Notes: generated by a model from the sequence alone, not told the origin. Shown: positions 20,126-30,682, counted from the first letter of the stretch. The stretch is 64,000 nucleotides of DNA from an uncultured Planctomycetia bacterium (GCA_964527765.1 CAZGQR010000004.1:83-64082), one strand, 5' to 3'. Made by a program: numbers and translations.

Positions 20126-22558
20126 ATGAGGGAATTGAAGGCCGATGCGCTGCGAGAAGTATGTGATTCTTCAGTATTTCCGTTCAAGACCACGGAGGAT
20201 TATGTATTCGAGCATGAACCCCTCCATCAGGAAAGAGGCGTCAGCGCCATAGATTTCGGTTTGAACATAAAGTCGGACGGTTACAATATATTCGTTTGCG
20301 GGGCCGCGGGGACCGGACGCAACACTCAGGTGAAAAAAGCCGTCAATGAGATCGCATCCAGGCAGAAGACGCCCGACGATTGGATATATGTATATAACTT
20401 CATCCATGACGACGAGCCGATAGCTATAAGGCTTCCTGCCGGAAGGGGAATAATATTCAAAAAAGACATGGAAGAGCTGATCAATGATTTGAAAGCGGAG
20501 ATCCCCAGGGCTTTCGAGAGCGAAGATTACGAAACGCGGAAACAGAACCTGCTCAAGGAATACAAGACCAAAAGGGACGCTACCCTTGAGGAGATCGAGA
20601 AAAAGGCTTTCGAGGAGGGTTTTGTGCTGAAACAGTCCGCTACGGGCGTGATCCTTGTTCCCCGCAGCGGGGACCAGCCCATGAACGCCGAAGAATACGA
20701 AAGTCTCTCAGCTGATGAAAAGGAACGGATAGAGAGAAAAAAGCACACGCTGCATATCAAGATCGAGCAGGTTTTGAGCGAAGTGCGCGCCATGGAAAAG
20801 TCCGCCAAGACAAAGATCAAGGAGCTGGAAAAGGAGGTCGCGCTTTTTTCGGTCAAGCACATAATCGATGAGTTGAGATTCAAGTACAGGGAGTTTGAGG
20901 ATATTATCGAGCACCTGAACCACGTGCAGGAAGATGTTGTGGAGAACATGGATATCTTCAGGGAAGAGGAGGAAGAGTCGCAGCCCTCCCTTTTCGGGCT
21001 GAAGGCCGCGCCCAGGAAGAACGCATTCCGCAAGTATGAAGTGAATCTCCTGGTAGATCACAGGCATTCCAAAGGCGCTCCCGTGATATCCGAACCGAAC
21101 CCCACTTATTATAACCTGCTGGGAAGGATCGAGTATGTGTCGCAGTTCGGTTCCATGTCGACCGATTTTACCATGATAGCCCCCGGGGCATTGCATAAGG
21201 CCAACGGCGGATATCTTATCCTTCAGGCGATGGACGTTTTGAGCAGTTTCATGGCGTGGGACGCGCTCAAGCGCGTCATACGGAACCACGAGATCAAGGT
21301 GGAGGACATAAACGAGCAGTTCCGGCTGATAAGCACGACCAGCCTTAAACCCAAACCGATACCTTCGGATATCAAAATGGTCATGGTCGGCCCGCCCTGG
21401 TTGCATCAGTTGCTTTACAAGTTTGACGAGGATTTTCGCAAGATGTTCAAGATCAAGGCGGATTTTGATATCGAGATGGACCGGGACCTGGAAAAGATGA
21501 AGAAATACGCCGCTTTTATAAAAGTAAGGTGCGAGGAAGAAGGGCTCAGGCATTTTGACAGGGAGGCGGTAGCCAGGGTCGTGGAATACGGCTCGCGGCT
21601 CACGCAAGACCAGGAGAAGCTCAGCGCGCGTTTCATGTATATTGCCGACATACTCAGGGAAGCTGATTACTGGGCCAGGCAGGATAATGCGGACTATGTC
21701 GATATCCCGCACATCGAAAAAGCCATACATGAAAAGATCTATCGTTCCAACCTGATAGAGGAGAAGATAGTTGAGATGATAGGCAAGGGAGTCCTGCTGA
21801 TAGACACTGCCGGATCGATTGCGGGGCAGGTCAACGGCCTTTCCGTTATTGATATAGGCGAGTACATGTTCGGCAGGCCGTCACGCATAACCGCCCGGAC
21901 CTACATGGGGAAGAAAGGGGTCGTTGACATCGAGAGGCAGGTGAAGATGGGGGGTAATATCCATTCGAAGGGCGTGATGATCCTGAACGGGTACTTCGGC
22001 GAGAAATTCGCGCAGGATACCCCGCTGACTTTGAGCGCGAGCATCTGTTTTGAGCAGTCGTATTCAGGGATCGAAGGGGACAGCGCTTCGAGCACCGAGG
22101 CCTATTGCCTGCTGTCATCGCTTTCCGACGTGCCTATCAAGCAATCGATAGCGGTTACGGGCTCGATGAACCAGCACGGCATGATACAGCCCGTGGGCGG
22201 GATCAACGAGAAGATCGAGGGGTTTTATCACGTCTGCAAGATAAGGGGGCTTACCGGAAAGGAAGGCGTGATAATACCGGAGCGTAATGTCAAGCATCTC
22301 ATGCTGAAAGATGAAGTGATAGATGCCGTGAAAAAGAAAAAGTTCCATATATGGGCCGTGTCCACGATCGACGAGGGGATAGAGATCCTTACCGGGAAAA
22401 AAGCCGGGAAAAAGGACAAAAAAGGAAAATATCCCAAAGGGACGATCAATTACCTGGTAGATCAAAAACTGCGGGAATACTCAGAAAAGTTCGCCAAGCT
22501 CGGGGGCAAGAAAAGGAAGTCCGGGAAAAAAGGCGGCGCCGGGAAGAAAAAGGCATGA
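20126..22558 (+). CDS. Lon-like (S16) protease with coiled-coil-inserted AAA domain (LonB/LonC-like)
   Basis: PGALHKANGGYL, GQVNGL, IEGDSASS (catalytic Ser), QPVGGINEKIEG (catalytic Lys). The Walker A reads GAAGTGRN. Confidence 0.88.
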   Translation: MRELKADALREVCDSSVFPFKTTEDYVFEHEPLHQERGVSAIDFGLNIKSDGYNIFVCGAAGTGRNTQVKKAVNEIASRQKTPDDWIYVYNFIHDDEPIAIRLPAGRGIIFKKDMEELINDLKAEIPRAFESEDYETRKQNLLKEYKTKRDATLEEIEKKAFEEGFVLKQSATGVILVPRSGDQPMNAEEYESLSADEKERIERKKHTLHIKIEQVLSEVRAMEKSAKTKIKELEKEVALFSVKHIIDELRFKYREFEDIIEHLNHVQEDVVENMDIFREEEEESQPSLFGLKAAPRKNAFRKYEVNLLVDHRHSKGAPVISEPNPTYYNLLGRIEYVSQFGSMSTDFTMIAPGALHKANGGYLILQAMDVLSSFMAWDALKRVIRNHEIKVEDINEQFRLISTTSLKPKPIPSDIKMVMVGPPWLHQLLYKFDEDFRKMFKIKADFDIEMDRDLEKMKKYAAFIKVRCEEEGLRHFDREAVARVVEYGSRLTQDQEKLSARFMYIADILREADYWARQDNADYVDIPHIEKAIHEKIYRSNLIEEKIVEMIGKGVLLIDTAGSIAGQVNGLSVIDIGEYMFGRPSRITARTYMGKKGVVDIERQVKMGGNIHSKGVMILNGYFGEKFAQDTPLTLSASICFEQSYSGIEGDSASSTEAYCLLSSLSDVPIKQSIAVTGSMNQHGMIQPVGGINEKIEGFYHVCKIRGLTGKEGVIIPERNVKHLMLKDEVIDAVKKKKFHIWAVSTIDEGIEILTGKKAGKKDKKGKYPKGTINYLVDQKLREYSEKFAKLGGKKRKSGKKGGAGKKKA

Positions 22559-22586
22559 CGCACCTGCCGGTGCAGATTAAAAGAAC

Positions 22587-24230
22587 ATGAATATATTACT
22601 GGTCATAGGTCTGATAATACTGCTCGGGACTATCGGAGGCAGGATAATCCGCAAATTCAACCTGCCCCAGGTAATGGGATACATGCTCATAGGGCTTCTC
22701 CTGGGAGAGTCTTTTCACGGCGTTCTGGCGGGTGAGGTGCTGGATTCTTTCAGGCCCATTATAAATCTGGCCCTCGGCATTATAGGTTTTATGATAGGGG
22801 CGGAGCTTCGTTTTGACCGCTTTAAAAGGTACAGCCGCTCGATATATACCATACTTTTCTTTGAAGCTTTCCTGACATTTTTTTTGGTCGCCACAACAGT
22901 TATCGCGCTGACGCAGAAGGTCTACATGGGCCTGATACTGGGGGCGCTGGCTTCCGCCACGGCTCCGGCAGCGACCTACAGCGTTCTGGGGGAATACAAG
23001 GCGAGGGGGCCGGTGACGATGACGACGCTCTCTATCGTTGCCCTGGACGACGCGCTGGCGCTTTTGTTGTACGGATTCGCGAGTGTATTCGCCAGGTCTC
23101 TTATCGTGCATGAAGGCCTGTCGTTCATGAAGACCATGGCGACACCCATGCTGCAGATAACAGGCTCGGTCCTGATAGGCGCCGCGGCCGGGTTTGCGCT
23201 TCACAGGGTTCTCTCCAGAACGAGGGAGAAGGAATGGACGCTGCCGTTCGTGCTCGGTACGATCATACTTGTTGTGGGCCTTTCCATATATTTCAGGGTA
23301 GATCCCATACTTGCGTCGATGGTGTTGGGCATCGTAACGGCTAATCTGGAGTTTCCCAAAGGTCACGAGATATTCGATCTTATTAAAAGATTCAGCGCTC
23401 CTATATTCATCCTTTTCTTCGTACTGGTTGGAGCGCGTCTTGATGCCAGGATAGTGATAAAAGGCGGTGTCCTCCTCCTCGCGATCGCTTACATTTTCAG
23501 CCGGAGTATCGGTAAGATGGCGGGTGCTTATATAGGCGGGAAGATCTCCAGAGCGGAGAAGACCGTGACAAAGTACACGGGTTTCTGCCTTTTCGACCAG
23601 GCGGGCGTCGCGGTCGGCCTGGCCATAGCCGCTTTTAACACTTTCAGTCTTCTGGGAGGCGAGGCCCTGGTGGCCGGCATTATGATAGTCAACATCGTGA
23701 CGGCTACGACATTCCTGCTGCAGCTCGTTGCTCCCCCGATGATCAAATACGCTATAAGAAAAGCGGACGAGATGAACAGGAATATCACGGAAGAGGATAT
23801 AGTGGAATCTTATAAGGTCGGCGATGTTATGCAGGAAGACTTTTTTATCATAAGGGAGAACAATAACCTGCATCAAATAATAGATATCATGAAGAAGAGC
23901 GACGCGTATATTTTTCCGGTGGTAAATATGAACAGCGATTTCATGGGGGTCATTTCACTCGGTGAGATACGCGACACTTTTTACGAAGAACAGATGGATC
24001 AATTGGTCCTCGCGGGAGATATTGTCAGCGCCACCGAGGCCGTGGTATATGCGGATCAGGACCTCAGGGACGTAATGGATATATTCAAGACGAAGAATGT
24101 CGAGTATATACCGGTCCTGGAGAAAGAAGGTTCGCTTAAGATCGTAGGACAGCTGCAATATCGAAAGCTGATGGATTATATAAGCAAGGAAGTCCTGCTG
24201 CGACAGCAGGAACTTGAGCGCAAGGATTAA
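22587..24230 (+). CDS. Cation/H+ antiporter (Na_H_Exchanger family) with C-terminal CBS pair
   Basis: Many TM helices with ATAPAAT, VALDD and FFVLVG. Soluble C-terminal CBS-like region (KVGDVM...FPVV...IPVL). Confidence 0.85.
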   Translation: MNILLVIGLIILLGTIGGRIIRKFNLPQVMGYMLIGLLLGESFHGVLAGEVLDSFRPIINLALGIIGFMIGAELRFDRFKRYSRSIYTILFFEAFLTFFLVATTVIALTQKVYMGLILGALASATAPAATYSVLGEYKARGPVTMTTLSIVALDDALALLLYGFASVFARSLIVHEGLSFMKTMATPMLQITGSVLIGAAAGFALHRVLSRTREKEWTLPFVLGTIILVVGLSIYFRVDPILASMVLGIVTANLEFPKGHEIFDLIKRFSAPIFILFFVLVGARLDARIVIKGGVLLLAIAYIFSRSIGKMAGAYIGGKISRAEKTVTKYTGFCLFDQAGVAVGLAIAAFNTFSLLGGEALVAGIMIVNIVTATTFLLQLVAPPMIKYAIRKADEMNRNITEEDIVESYKVGDVMQEDFFIIRENNNLHQIIDIMKKSDAYIFPVVNMNSDFMGVISLGEIRDTFYEEQMDQLVLAGDIVSATEAVVYADQDLRDVMDIFKTKNVEYIPVLEKEGSLKIVGQLQYRKLMDYISKEVLLRQQELERKD

Positions 24231-24246
24231 ATAGAGAGGAGATATT

Positions 24247-24858
24247 GTGAAAAAGATTTCAGTTATCGTGTTTATGGTGAGCATGTCGCTGGTATTTTTA
24301 TTTCCGTGCGAAGGAAAATGTCAGGTAAAAAAGAATCTTTACAGCATGATGAGCGACGCAAAAGAGGTCAAGGTATATGTCGCTGAAGTGATCGATTCTT
24401 CCGGCCAGGCGGCGGATATACGGGTTTCTCTTAGAAAGAGCATCGAAGACGCACTGGCTACGAGGATGACCATAAATTTTGTGCCGGTTTCCAGCGAAAA
24501 TAACGCCGATGTAGTCATTACCTGTGATATTATCGAAAGAATATGGATGAAGGAAGACCCGTTGGACCAGATACACGGCATCGGCCCGGCTGCCATGGAT
24601 ATCGCCATGTCCGAGAATTACGCCCGCATGCGGGCTGTTTTTGCAGTGGAAAGAGGGGGGAAGAAAGTCATCCTTAAGGGGTTGAGGCGGTTCTTCAGGA
24701 GAAGCAATGTCATATGGAAACAGGAGCTCCAGGCCACTATTACTAAAAAAGTTATGCCCGAAAAGGAAAGTATACCCCTTTTGGAGGACCGTATCGTTCA
24801 GGTTTTCATGCGCAAGTGTTTCAGTAAAAACGCCCAATCACTAAGCACAGTATATTAG
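24247..24858 (+). CDS. Hypothetical exported protein
   Basis: GTG start after GAGGAG and a signal-peptide-like N-terminus. The TAG stop overlaps the left end of element 2. Confidence 0.7.
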   Translation: MKKISVIVFMVSMSLVFLFPCEGKCQVKKNLYSMMSDAKEVKVYVAEVIDSSGQAADIRVSLRKSIEDALATRMTINFVPVSSENNADVVITCDIIERIWMKEDPLDQIHGIGPAAMDIAMSENYARMRAVFAVERGGKKVILKGLRRFFRRSNVIWKQELQATITKKVMPEKESIPLLEDRIVQVFMRKCFSKNAQSLSTVY

Positions 24859-24900
24859 GGACGTTTTTCAAATTAAACCCAGACCGTAAGAAAATGTGAA

Positions 24901-24987
24901 CTTGGACCTGTCCCCGCGGTCAATCCTAGACCTGTCCCCAAGGTCGATCCTAGACCTGTCCCCATAGCCAATCTTAGACTTGTTCCC
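24901..24987 (+). repeat. 24-bp tandem repeat (~3.6 units), consensus CYTAGACCTGTCCCCnnGGTCrAT
   Basis: Units start at 24901, 24925, 24949 and 24973. An inverted 1.75-unit copy lies at 25538-25579. Confidence 0.88.
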
Positions 24988-24993
24988 GATATT

Positions 24994-25473
24994 TTAAATT
25001 TTAAACTTATCCAAAATGTTATTTTTCTTATCTAAAACTCTGAATTTGTAGCTACACCAAGAATAATCTTCGGCCCTTTTACAGATATTAGCCCTAATTG
25101 GATTATACTCAATATATGAGATTATATTGATCAGATATTCGTCATTTTGAACCAGGAAGCTTTTATATCGATTTTGCCATAAGTGGCCACATTTATTGTA
25201 CTTGAAGTTATAGTATTGAGCATAAGATAAGTTTATTCTATGCATAATGTGTTTCAATGTTCCGGGTTTTATGGGGTTGATGAGTAAGTGCACATGATTC
25301 GGCATCAGGCAATAGGCATAGACTTTTACGCGGAATTTGCTTTTATATTTCCATAAGATGTGAAGATAGCGTTCAAAATCAGCACGCTCGAGGAAAACAT
25401 CTTCTTTACGAATACCCCGAGTGATTACATGGTAAGAAGAACTTTCAAAAAGAATTCTAGCAGTTCTGGCCAT
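24994..25473 (-). CDS. REP-associated tyrosine transposase-like (HUH, Y1_Tnp) protein
   Basis: MARTAR, YHVITRG, AYCLMPNHVHLL, HLWQNRYK, YIEYNPIRA, YSWCSY. GGAGGTGA RBS before the ATG at 25473. Confidence 0.92.
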   Translation of the reverse strand: MARTARILFESSSYHVITRGIRKEDVFLERADFERYLHILWKYKSKFRVKVYAYCLMPNHVHLLINPIKPGTLKHIMHRINLSYAQYYNFKYNKCGHLWQNRYKSFLVQNDEYLINIISYIEYNPIRANICKRAEDYSWCSYKFRVLDKKNNILDKFKI

Positions 25474-25619
25474 AATTTCACCTCCTACCATTATTAGACG
25501 CAAAAAAGCGGGAAATTCTTTCAAAAAAATTAAAAAAGGGGACAGGTCTAGGATCGACCTTGGGGACAGGTCTGGGATTAAAATTATTTACGGTCTGGGA
25601 ACAAAATGAGAAACGTCCC

Positions 25620-25648
25620 TTGACTTTTTGGGTTTTGTCGGGTAATAT
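25620..25648 (+). promoter_or_regulatory. sigma70-type promoter of the clpB operon
   Basis: TTGACT (25620-25625)-17 nt-TAATAT (25643-25648). Confidence 0.7.
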
Positions 25649-25674
25649 ATAGATAGATGTAAATATGTCTATAT
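25647..25674. promoter_or_regulatory. Imperfect palindrome, candidate repressor operator
   Basis: ATATAGATAGATGT/AAATATGTCTATAT, 11 of 14 positions complementary, overlapping the predicted transcription start. Confidence 0.5.
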
Positions 25675-25726
25675 GATGACTTATTTCTGTCATTTAAGGT
25701 GTTAATGTATCAGGAGGATAAGAGTC

Positions 25727-28318
25727 ATGAAGGCGGATAAACTTACCGTAAAGACCCAGGAGGCGATCAGGGATGCTATCAGCGAAGCCGTTGAGAGGGG
25801 GCATCAGGAGGTAGATGTCGAACATCTTTTATATGTCCTTCTCGGCGATGAGACGGGTGTATGCGCGAGCGTTCTCAAAAAGATCGGTGCCGATATAAAT
25901 AAGATCCGCTCGGAACTGGGAGAAGAGCTTACGAAAAGAGCCCGGGTCTCGGGAGGCGCCGCCCAGCCGTATTTTTCCGGAAGACTGAATAAGGTCTTTT
26001 CCGATGCGGAAAAGGAGGCAAAGCAGCTGAAAGACGAATACATCAGCGTTGAGCATTTGCTTCTCGCCGTGACGGGCGAAAAAGGAACAAAGCTTGCCGA
26101 AATATTCAGGTCCCAGCAAATAACCCGTGATAGTGTCCTGCGCGCTCTTCAGGAGGTCAGAGGCGGGCACAGAGTGACCGACGACAATCCCGAGGGCAAA
26201 TATCAGGCGCTCGAAAAATACGGCAGGGACCTCGTCGATCTTGCGAACAGGGGAAAACTGGACCCCGTTATCGGGCGCGACGAGGAGATACGCAGGCTGA
26301 TCCACGTGCTGTCGCGCCGGACCAAGAATAATCCGGTTCTTATAGGGGATCCCGGGACGGGGAAGACCGCTGTCGTCGAGGGCCTCGCGCGGAGGATATC
26401 TTCGGGAGATGTCCCCAGCAGGCTCAAGGACAAGAGGATAATCGCCCTTGATATCGGGGCCCTGGTCGCGGGGGCCAAGTTCCGGGGAGAGTTCGAAGAC
26501 AGGCTGAAAGCCGTGCTCAAGGAGATAAAGGAAAGAGAAGGAGAGATCATACTGTTCATCGACGAATTACATGTTCTCGTGGGGGCCGGCGGGGCCGAAG
26601 GCGCGGTGGACGCTTCCAACATGCTGAAGCCCGCGCTCGCGAGAGGAGAACTGCGCTGCATAGGAGCCACGACCCTGGATGAGTATAGAAAATACATAGA
26701 AAAGGACAAAGCTCTTGAAAGAAGGTTCCAGCAGATATTCATAGGTGAACCTACGGTGGAAAATACTATTGCCATACTGCGGGGGCTCAAGGAAAAATAC
26801 GAGATACATCACGGTGTAAGGATATCGGATGCCGCGATCATCGCCGCGGCGACATTATCCGACAGGTATATCACGGGCAGGTTCCTGCCGGATAAAGCCA
26901 TAGATCTTATCGACGAGGCGGCTTCCAAATTGCGCATAGAGATCGACAGCGTTCCCACGGATATAGATCAGGTGCAGAGAAAGATCATGCAGCTTGAGAT
27001 AGAAAGACAGGCCCTCAAGAAAGAGGAAAGCAGCGCTGCGGGGAAAGATAAGATCAAGGACGTGGACAAGGAGCTGAAGAAGCTGCGCGATGAGCTCCAG
27101 GAGATGAAAGCCCACTGGGAAAAGGAGAAAAGTTCGATCAGCAAGATAAGCGAGATAAAAGAGAAGATCGACGAGGCGAAAATAGAGGAGACCAACGCCG
27201 AAAAAGAGGGGAACCTGGCAAAGGTCTCGGAGATCCGTTACGGTACCCTGGTCAAGCTGAAAAAACAGCTGGACGAGGAGAGCAAGCTCCTGGCGGCCGT
27301 TCAGAAAGACAGGAAAATGCTGAAAGAAGAGGTGGATGACGAGGATATAGCGAAGATCGTATCGCAATGGACGGGGATCCCCATAACCAAGCTCATGGAA
27401 TCCGAGATGCATAAGCTTGTTCACATGGAAGAGGTCCTGAAGACCCGGATCGTCGGACAGGATGAATCCGTGGAGAAGATCTCCAACGCTGTCAGACGGT
27501 CCCGGAGCGGACTGGGAGACCCCTCAAGGCCCATAGGGTCCTTTCTTTTTCTGGGGCCGACAGGAGTGGGCAAAACACACATGGCCAGGACCCTGGCCTG
27601 GTTCCTGTTCAACGATCCGGAAGCCATGGTGAGGATAGATATGTCGGAATACATGGAGAAACACGCGGTATCCCGTCTTATCGGCGCTCCCCCGGGGTAC
27701 GTGGGCTACGAAGAAGGAGGTCAGCTGACGGAGAAAGTGCGCCGCAGGCCGTACTGCGTGATACTCCTTGACGAAGTAGAGAAAGCTCACCACGACGTGT
27801 TCAATATTCTCCTGCAGATAATGGATGACGGCCGCCTCACTGACAACCAGGGGCACGTGGTGAATTTTAAGAATACCATCATAATAATGACGTCGAATAT
27901 AGGCAGTCAGTATTTTGCGGACAAGACCAGCATGGAGGAAGGTCTTTCCAGGCAGGTGCTGGCGGAAGTGAAGAGGCATTTCCGGCCGGAATTTCTGAAC
28001 AGGCTTGACGAGATCATCATCTTCAACCGTTTGACCGAAAATGATATTCTGAAAATAGTAGATCTTGAGCTGGAGCAGATCAAACAGCGGCTCTCCGAAC
28101 GCAGCATAACCGTTGATGTCACGGAGAAGGCCAGGGAAGAACTTGCCAAGCGCGGCTTCGATCCCGATTACGGAGCAAGGCCGCTGAAGCGCCTTATCCA
28201 AAAGGAGATACAGGACAGGATAGCCCTCGCGCTTTTGGAGAACAAGGTTTCAGACGGGTCGAATATTTGTGTGGATCGCGATAAGAAGGGCAAGGGCTTT
28301 ATTGTTGAGAAGACGTAA
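25727..28318 (+). CDS. clpB: ATP-dependent disaggregase ClpB
   Basis: Two AAA modules ([16 protein letters not shown]), a long middle coiled coil, [11 protein letters not shown] and GARPL. Confidence 0.96.
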   Translation: MKADKLTVKTQEAIRDAISEAVERGHQEVDVEHLLYVLLGDETGVCASVLKKIGADINKIRSELGEELTKRARVSGGAAQPYFSGRLNKVFSDAEKEAKQLKDEYISVEHLLLAVTGEKGTKLAEIFRSQQITRDSVLRALQEVRGGHRVTDDNPEGKYQALEKYGRDLVDLANRGKLDPVIGRDEEIRRLIHVLSRRTKNNPVLIGDPGTGKTAVVEGLARRISSGDVPSRLKDKRIIALDIGALVAGAKFRGEFEDRLKAVLKEIKEREGEIILFIDELHVLVGAGGAEGAVDASNMLKPALARGELRCIGATTLDEYRKYIEKDKALERRFQQIFIGEPTVENTIAILRGLKEKYEIHHGVRISDAAIIAAATLSDRYITGRFLPDKAIDLIDEAASKLRIEIDSVPTDIDQVQRKIMQLEIERQALKKEESSAAGKDKIKDVDKELKKLRDELQEMKAHWEKEKSSISKISEIKEKIDEAKIEETNAEKEGNLAKVSEIRYGTLVKLKKQLDEESKLLAAVQKDRKMLKEEVDDEDIAKIVSQWTGIPITKLMESEMHKLVHMEEVLKTRIVGQDESVEKISNAVRRSRSGLGDPSRPIGSFLFLGPTGVGKTHMARTLAWFLFNDPEAMVRIDMSEYMEKHAVSRLIGAPPGYVGYEEGGQLTEKVRRRPYCVILLDEVEKAHHDVFNILLQIMDDGRLTDNQGHVVNFKNTIIIMTSNIGSQYFADKTSMEEGLSRQVLAEVKRHFRPEFLNRLDEIIIFNRLTENDILKIVDLELEQIKQRLSERSITVDVTEKAREELAKRGFDPDYGARPLKRLIQKEIQDRIALALLENKVSDGSNICVDRDKKGKGFIVEKT

Positions 28319-28401
28319 CGACCCGATCGCTGACCGCTTGGATCAAGGGGATATAATACTTAATCGGAGAAATTAGGCGCAGGAAATAAAAGGAGAATAC
28401 A

Positions 28402-29064
28402 ATGGGTAACGATGATTACTATTCCATACTGGGCGTGAAGGAAGATGCGAGCGACGCGGAGATCAAAAAAGCCTACAGAAAGCTTGCCCTGAAGTATCAT
28501 CCCGACAAGAACCCGGGGAACAAGAAGGCCGAGGAAACGTTCAAAAGGATATCGGAAGCATATTATGCCCTCGGGGACCCGAAGCGCAGGAAAGAGTACG
28601 ATAATCTTCGCAGGATGGGAGCCTATACGGGCGATTTCTCTTCAGCGCAGGGGTTTGATTTCTCCGAATTTTCAAAGCATTTTTCGGAAGGCGGAGGGGG
28701 CTTCTCTTCAAGTTCCATATTCGGCGATATTTTCAATGATCTTTTTTCCGGGATGGGAGAAGGAAGAAAAGGGGGCAGATACACGTATTATTATTCCGCG
28801 CCCGGGCAGCCCGGGGGCAGGACGGGAGGAGCATATGCCGGGGCCGGGGTGGACACCGACACGAAAGCAGTGCTCCCGATCCCCGCGAACCTTGCAAAAA
28901 AAGGAGGGGAGGCGAAATTCAAGCTTGCCACCGGGGGACATATAACTCTTAAGATCCCGGCAGGGACAAAGAACGGGCAGAAGATGCGGCTGAAAGGCCA
29001 GGGCGAGAAATGCCCGTATTGCAAACACAAGGGGGATCTGATCGTTACGATAAGCATAAAATAA
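28402..29064 (+). CDS. DnaJ/CbpA-like J-domain protein (short)
   Basis: DYYSILGV...[13 protein letters not shown], a G/F-rich region, and one C-terminal domain (LKIPAGT...RLKGQG...GDL). No DnaJ zinc-finger repeats. Confidence 0.88.
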   Translation: MGNDDYYSILGVKEDASDAEIKKAYRKLALKYHPDKNPGNKKAEETFKRISEAYYALGDPKRRKEYDNLRRMGAYTGDFSSAQGFDFSEFSKHFSEGGGGFSSSSIFGDIFNDLFSGMGEGRKGGRYTYYYSAPGQPGGRTGGAYAGAGVDTDTKAVLPIPANLAKKGGEAKFKLATGGHITLKIPAGTKNGQKMRLKGQGEKCPYCKHKGDLIVTISIK

Positions 29065-29073
29065 GGTGAAGAG

Positions 29074-29370
29074 ATGGCGGACTATGATTTTGTAAAAATA
29101 TTCAAGGCGCTTGCGGACAAGACAAGGCAGGACATACTGGAACTCCTGGGGGAAGAGGAGATGAACGTTACCGATATCTGCTCGGAGTTCCGGATATCAC
29201 AGCCCACCATATCGCATCACCTGCATATACTCAAAAACTGCAACCTGGTGGATTTCCGTAAAGAAGGAAAAAATATCTATTACTATGTGAAACAGGAGAT
29301 AATGAACGATATGTTTGGCACTGTTGTCCGAAAGATGCATATCAGGATCGTGAAAAAGGAAAGGAAGTAA
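29074..29370 (+). CDS. ArsR/SmtB family transcriptional regulator
   Basis: FKALADKTRQDIL...ISQPTISHHLHIL...RKEGKNIYY. Confidence 0.92.
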   Translation: MADYDFVKIFKALADKTRQDILELLGEEEMNVTDICSEFRISQPTISHHLHILKNCNLVDFRKEGKNIYYYVKQEIMNDMFGTVVRKMHIRIVKKERK

Positions 29371-29379
29371 CGGCGGAAC

Positions 29380-30012
29380 ATGAAAGAGGTCATCCTGGCA
29401 TCCGCGTCCGAAAGAAGGTCCCGCATCCTTGCGGACTGCGGGATCGCCCATAAGGTCATTCCGAGCAGCGTAAAAGAGGAAACACATGAAAAGAGGCATG
29501 TTTCCGAAAGCGTGCAGCTTAACGCCGAAGCGAAAGCCGAGAAGGTCGCCGCGGCCAATAAGGGATCCATCATAATAGGGGCCGATACCCTTGTCGTTCA
29601 CGGGGAAGATATCATCGGCAAACCCGGCGGGGAGGACGCGGCCCGGGAGATGCTCAGGAAATTTTCCGGCAGCGAAATAGAAGTGTATACGGGCCTTTGC
29701 GTCATAAATCCTGAAGGGAGACCCGCTGGGAACGGCGCCGGCATTTCTAACAGGACGAGCAGGAAGGCCGCCGGCTTCGAAAAAAGCAGCCTGCTGGTAG
29801 TCCCGCTGTCTGAGAGCCGGGCCGAGAGATATTTTCAGCTGCTTGCGCCATACGATAAAGCCGGCGGTTTTTCGATCGAAGGCGTCGGTTCCATGCTTTT
29901 TGACAATATCAAGGGGTCATATTTCAATATTCTGGGACTGCCCATGATAAAACTTGGCGAGGTGTTCAGCCGGGCGGGGCTGGATATCCTGGATCATATC
30001 AGCAAAAGATAG
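29380..30012 (+). CDS. maf: Maf family nucleoside-triphosphate pyrophosphatase
   Basis: ILASASERR, AEAKA, IIGADT, GKP, DKAGGF, NILGLP. Confidence 0.9.
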   Translation: MKEVILASASERRSRILADCGIAHKVIPSSVKEETHEKRHVSESVQLNAEAKAEKVAAANKGSIIIGADTLVVHGEDIIGKPGGEDAAREMLRKFSGSEIEVYTGLCVINPEGRPAGNGAGISNRTSRKAAGFEKSSLLVVPLSESRAERYFQLLAPYDKAGGFSIEGVGSMLFDNIKGSYFNILGLPMIKLGEVFSRAGLDILDHISKR

Positions 30013-30070
30013 CACCAGAGGAAGATATTAGAGTGATTTTAGAATTTTTATATGGTAAAATAAAAGTGCA

Positions 30071-30436
30071 ATGAAAAACAAAAGAAGTCACGTACGCTAT
30101 AAGATCTTCATGTCTCCTCTTCGCTGTTCAAGATGCGATTCCAAGGATATTAAAGTCGATGTCAGCGATATTTCATGCGGCGGCATGAGAATATCTACGA
30201 ACGAGAAACTGTCCGCGGGCAAAAAGATAGAACTGGAGCTGAACATTCCCGGCGATGATATACCAATGTTTGTCGGCGGTGAGGTCGCCTGGGTCGCCAG
30301 GGATAAAGACGACGAAGGCAGTTATAACGCCGGAATAAAATTTACGAGGATCAATTATTGTGATACGGAACGGTTGGCAAAATATATCCAGTCAAGTTTT
30401 GGCGTGCAGGATATGGACTTACCCCCGGAGCTATAA
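30071..30436 (+). CDS. PilZ domain protein
   Basis: RxxxR (KRSHVR) and DISCGG c-di-GMP motifs, plus GEVAWV and GIKF. An extended -10 (TGGTAAAAT, 30053-30061) lies 9 nt upstream. Confidence 0.85.
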   Translation: MKNKRSHVRYKIFMSPLRCSRCDSKDIKVDVSDISCGGMRISTNEKLSAGKKIELELNIPGDDIPMFVGGEVAWVARDKDDEGSYNAGIKFTRINYCDTERLAKYIQSSFGVQDMDLPPEL

Positions 30437-30460
30437 TCTTATTTGAAGGAGAAAAGGCAT

Positions 30461-30622
30461 ATGTCGCATAAGATCAAGGCGTTTGTTGTGGCAGGCATTC
30501 TCATCGCTTATGTCCTGGGCAGTGCCGGCTGCGCGTTGGGATGGTTTCTCGCGGGCGCGGGAACGGCGGCTACTGTGGGAGCGGTCGTAAATGAACAAGA
30601 AAAAGAGAAAGCCAAGAAATAA
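30461..30622 (+). CDS. Small lipoprotein with Gly/Ala-rich helix (53 aa; below the ORF track cutoff)
   Basis: MSHKIKAFVVAGILIAYVLGSAGC|ALGWFLAGAGTAATVGAVVNEQEKEKAKK*. Lipobox SAGC and AAGGAG RBS. Confidence 0.72.
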   Translation: MSHKIKAFVVAGILIAYVLGSAGCALGWFLAGAGTAATVGAVVNEQEKEKAKK

Positions 30623-30682
30623 TAGATCTGAACGGGTATCATAAGTTACCGGGCCGGATCGAACAGGGAGAAGGAGGGAAAT

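Larger units (their letters stand above)
24857..25620 (-). mobile_element. Element 2: RAYT/Y1 transposase gene bounded by nested inverted repeats
   Basis: Outer IR: 24857-24889 AGGGACGTTTTTCAAATTAAACCCAGACCGTAA versus revcomp of 25588-25620 AGGGACGTTTCTCATTTTGTTCCCAGACCGTAA. Inner IR: 24922-24963 versus 25538-25579, 41/42 identical. AT-rich interior. Confidence 0.85.

Noticed and set aside
24901-24987. CRISPR-like appearance of the repeat array
   Set aside because: The period is only 24 bp with ~9-nt semi-conserved linkers, there are no cas genes, and the array is mirrored as an inverted repeat across a transposase.
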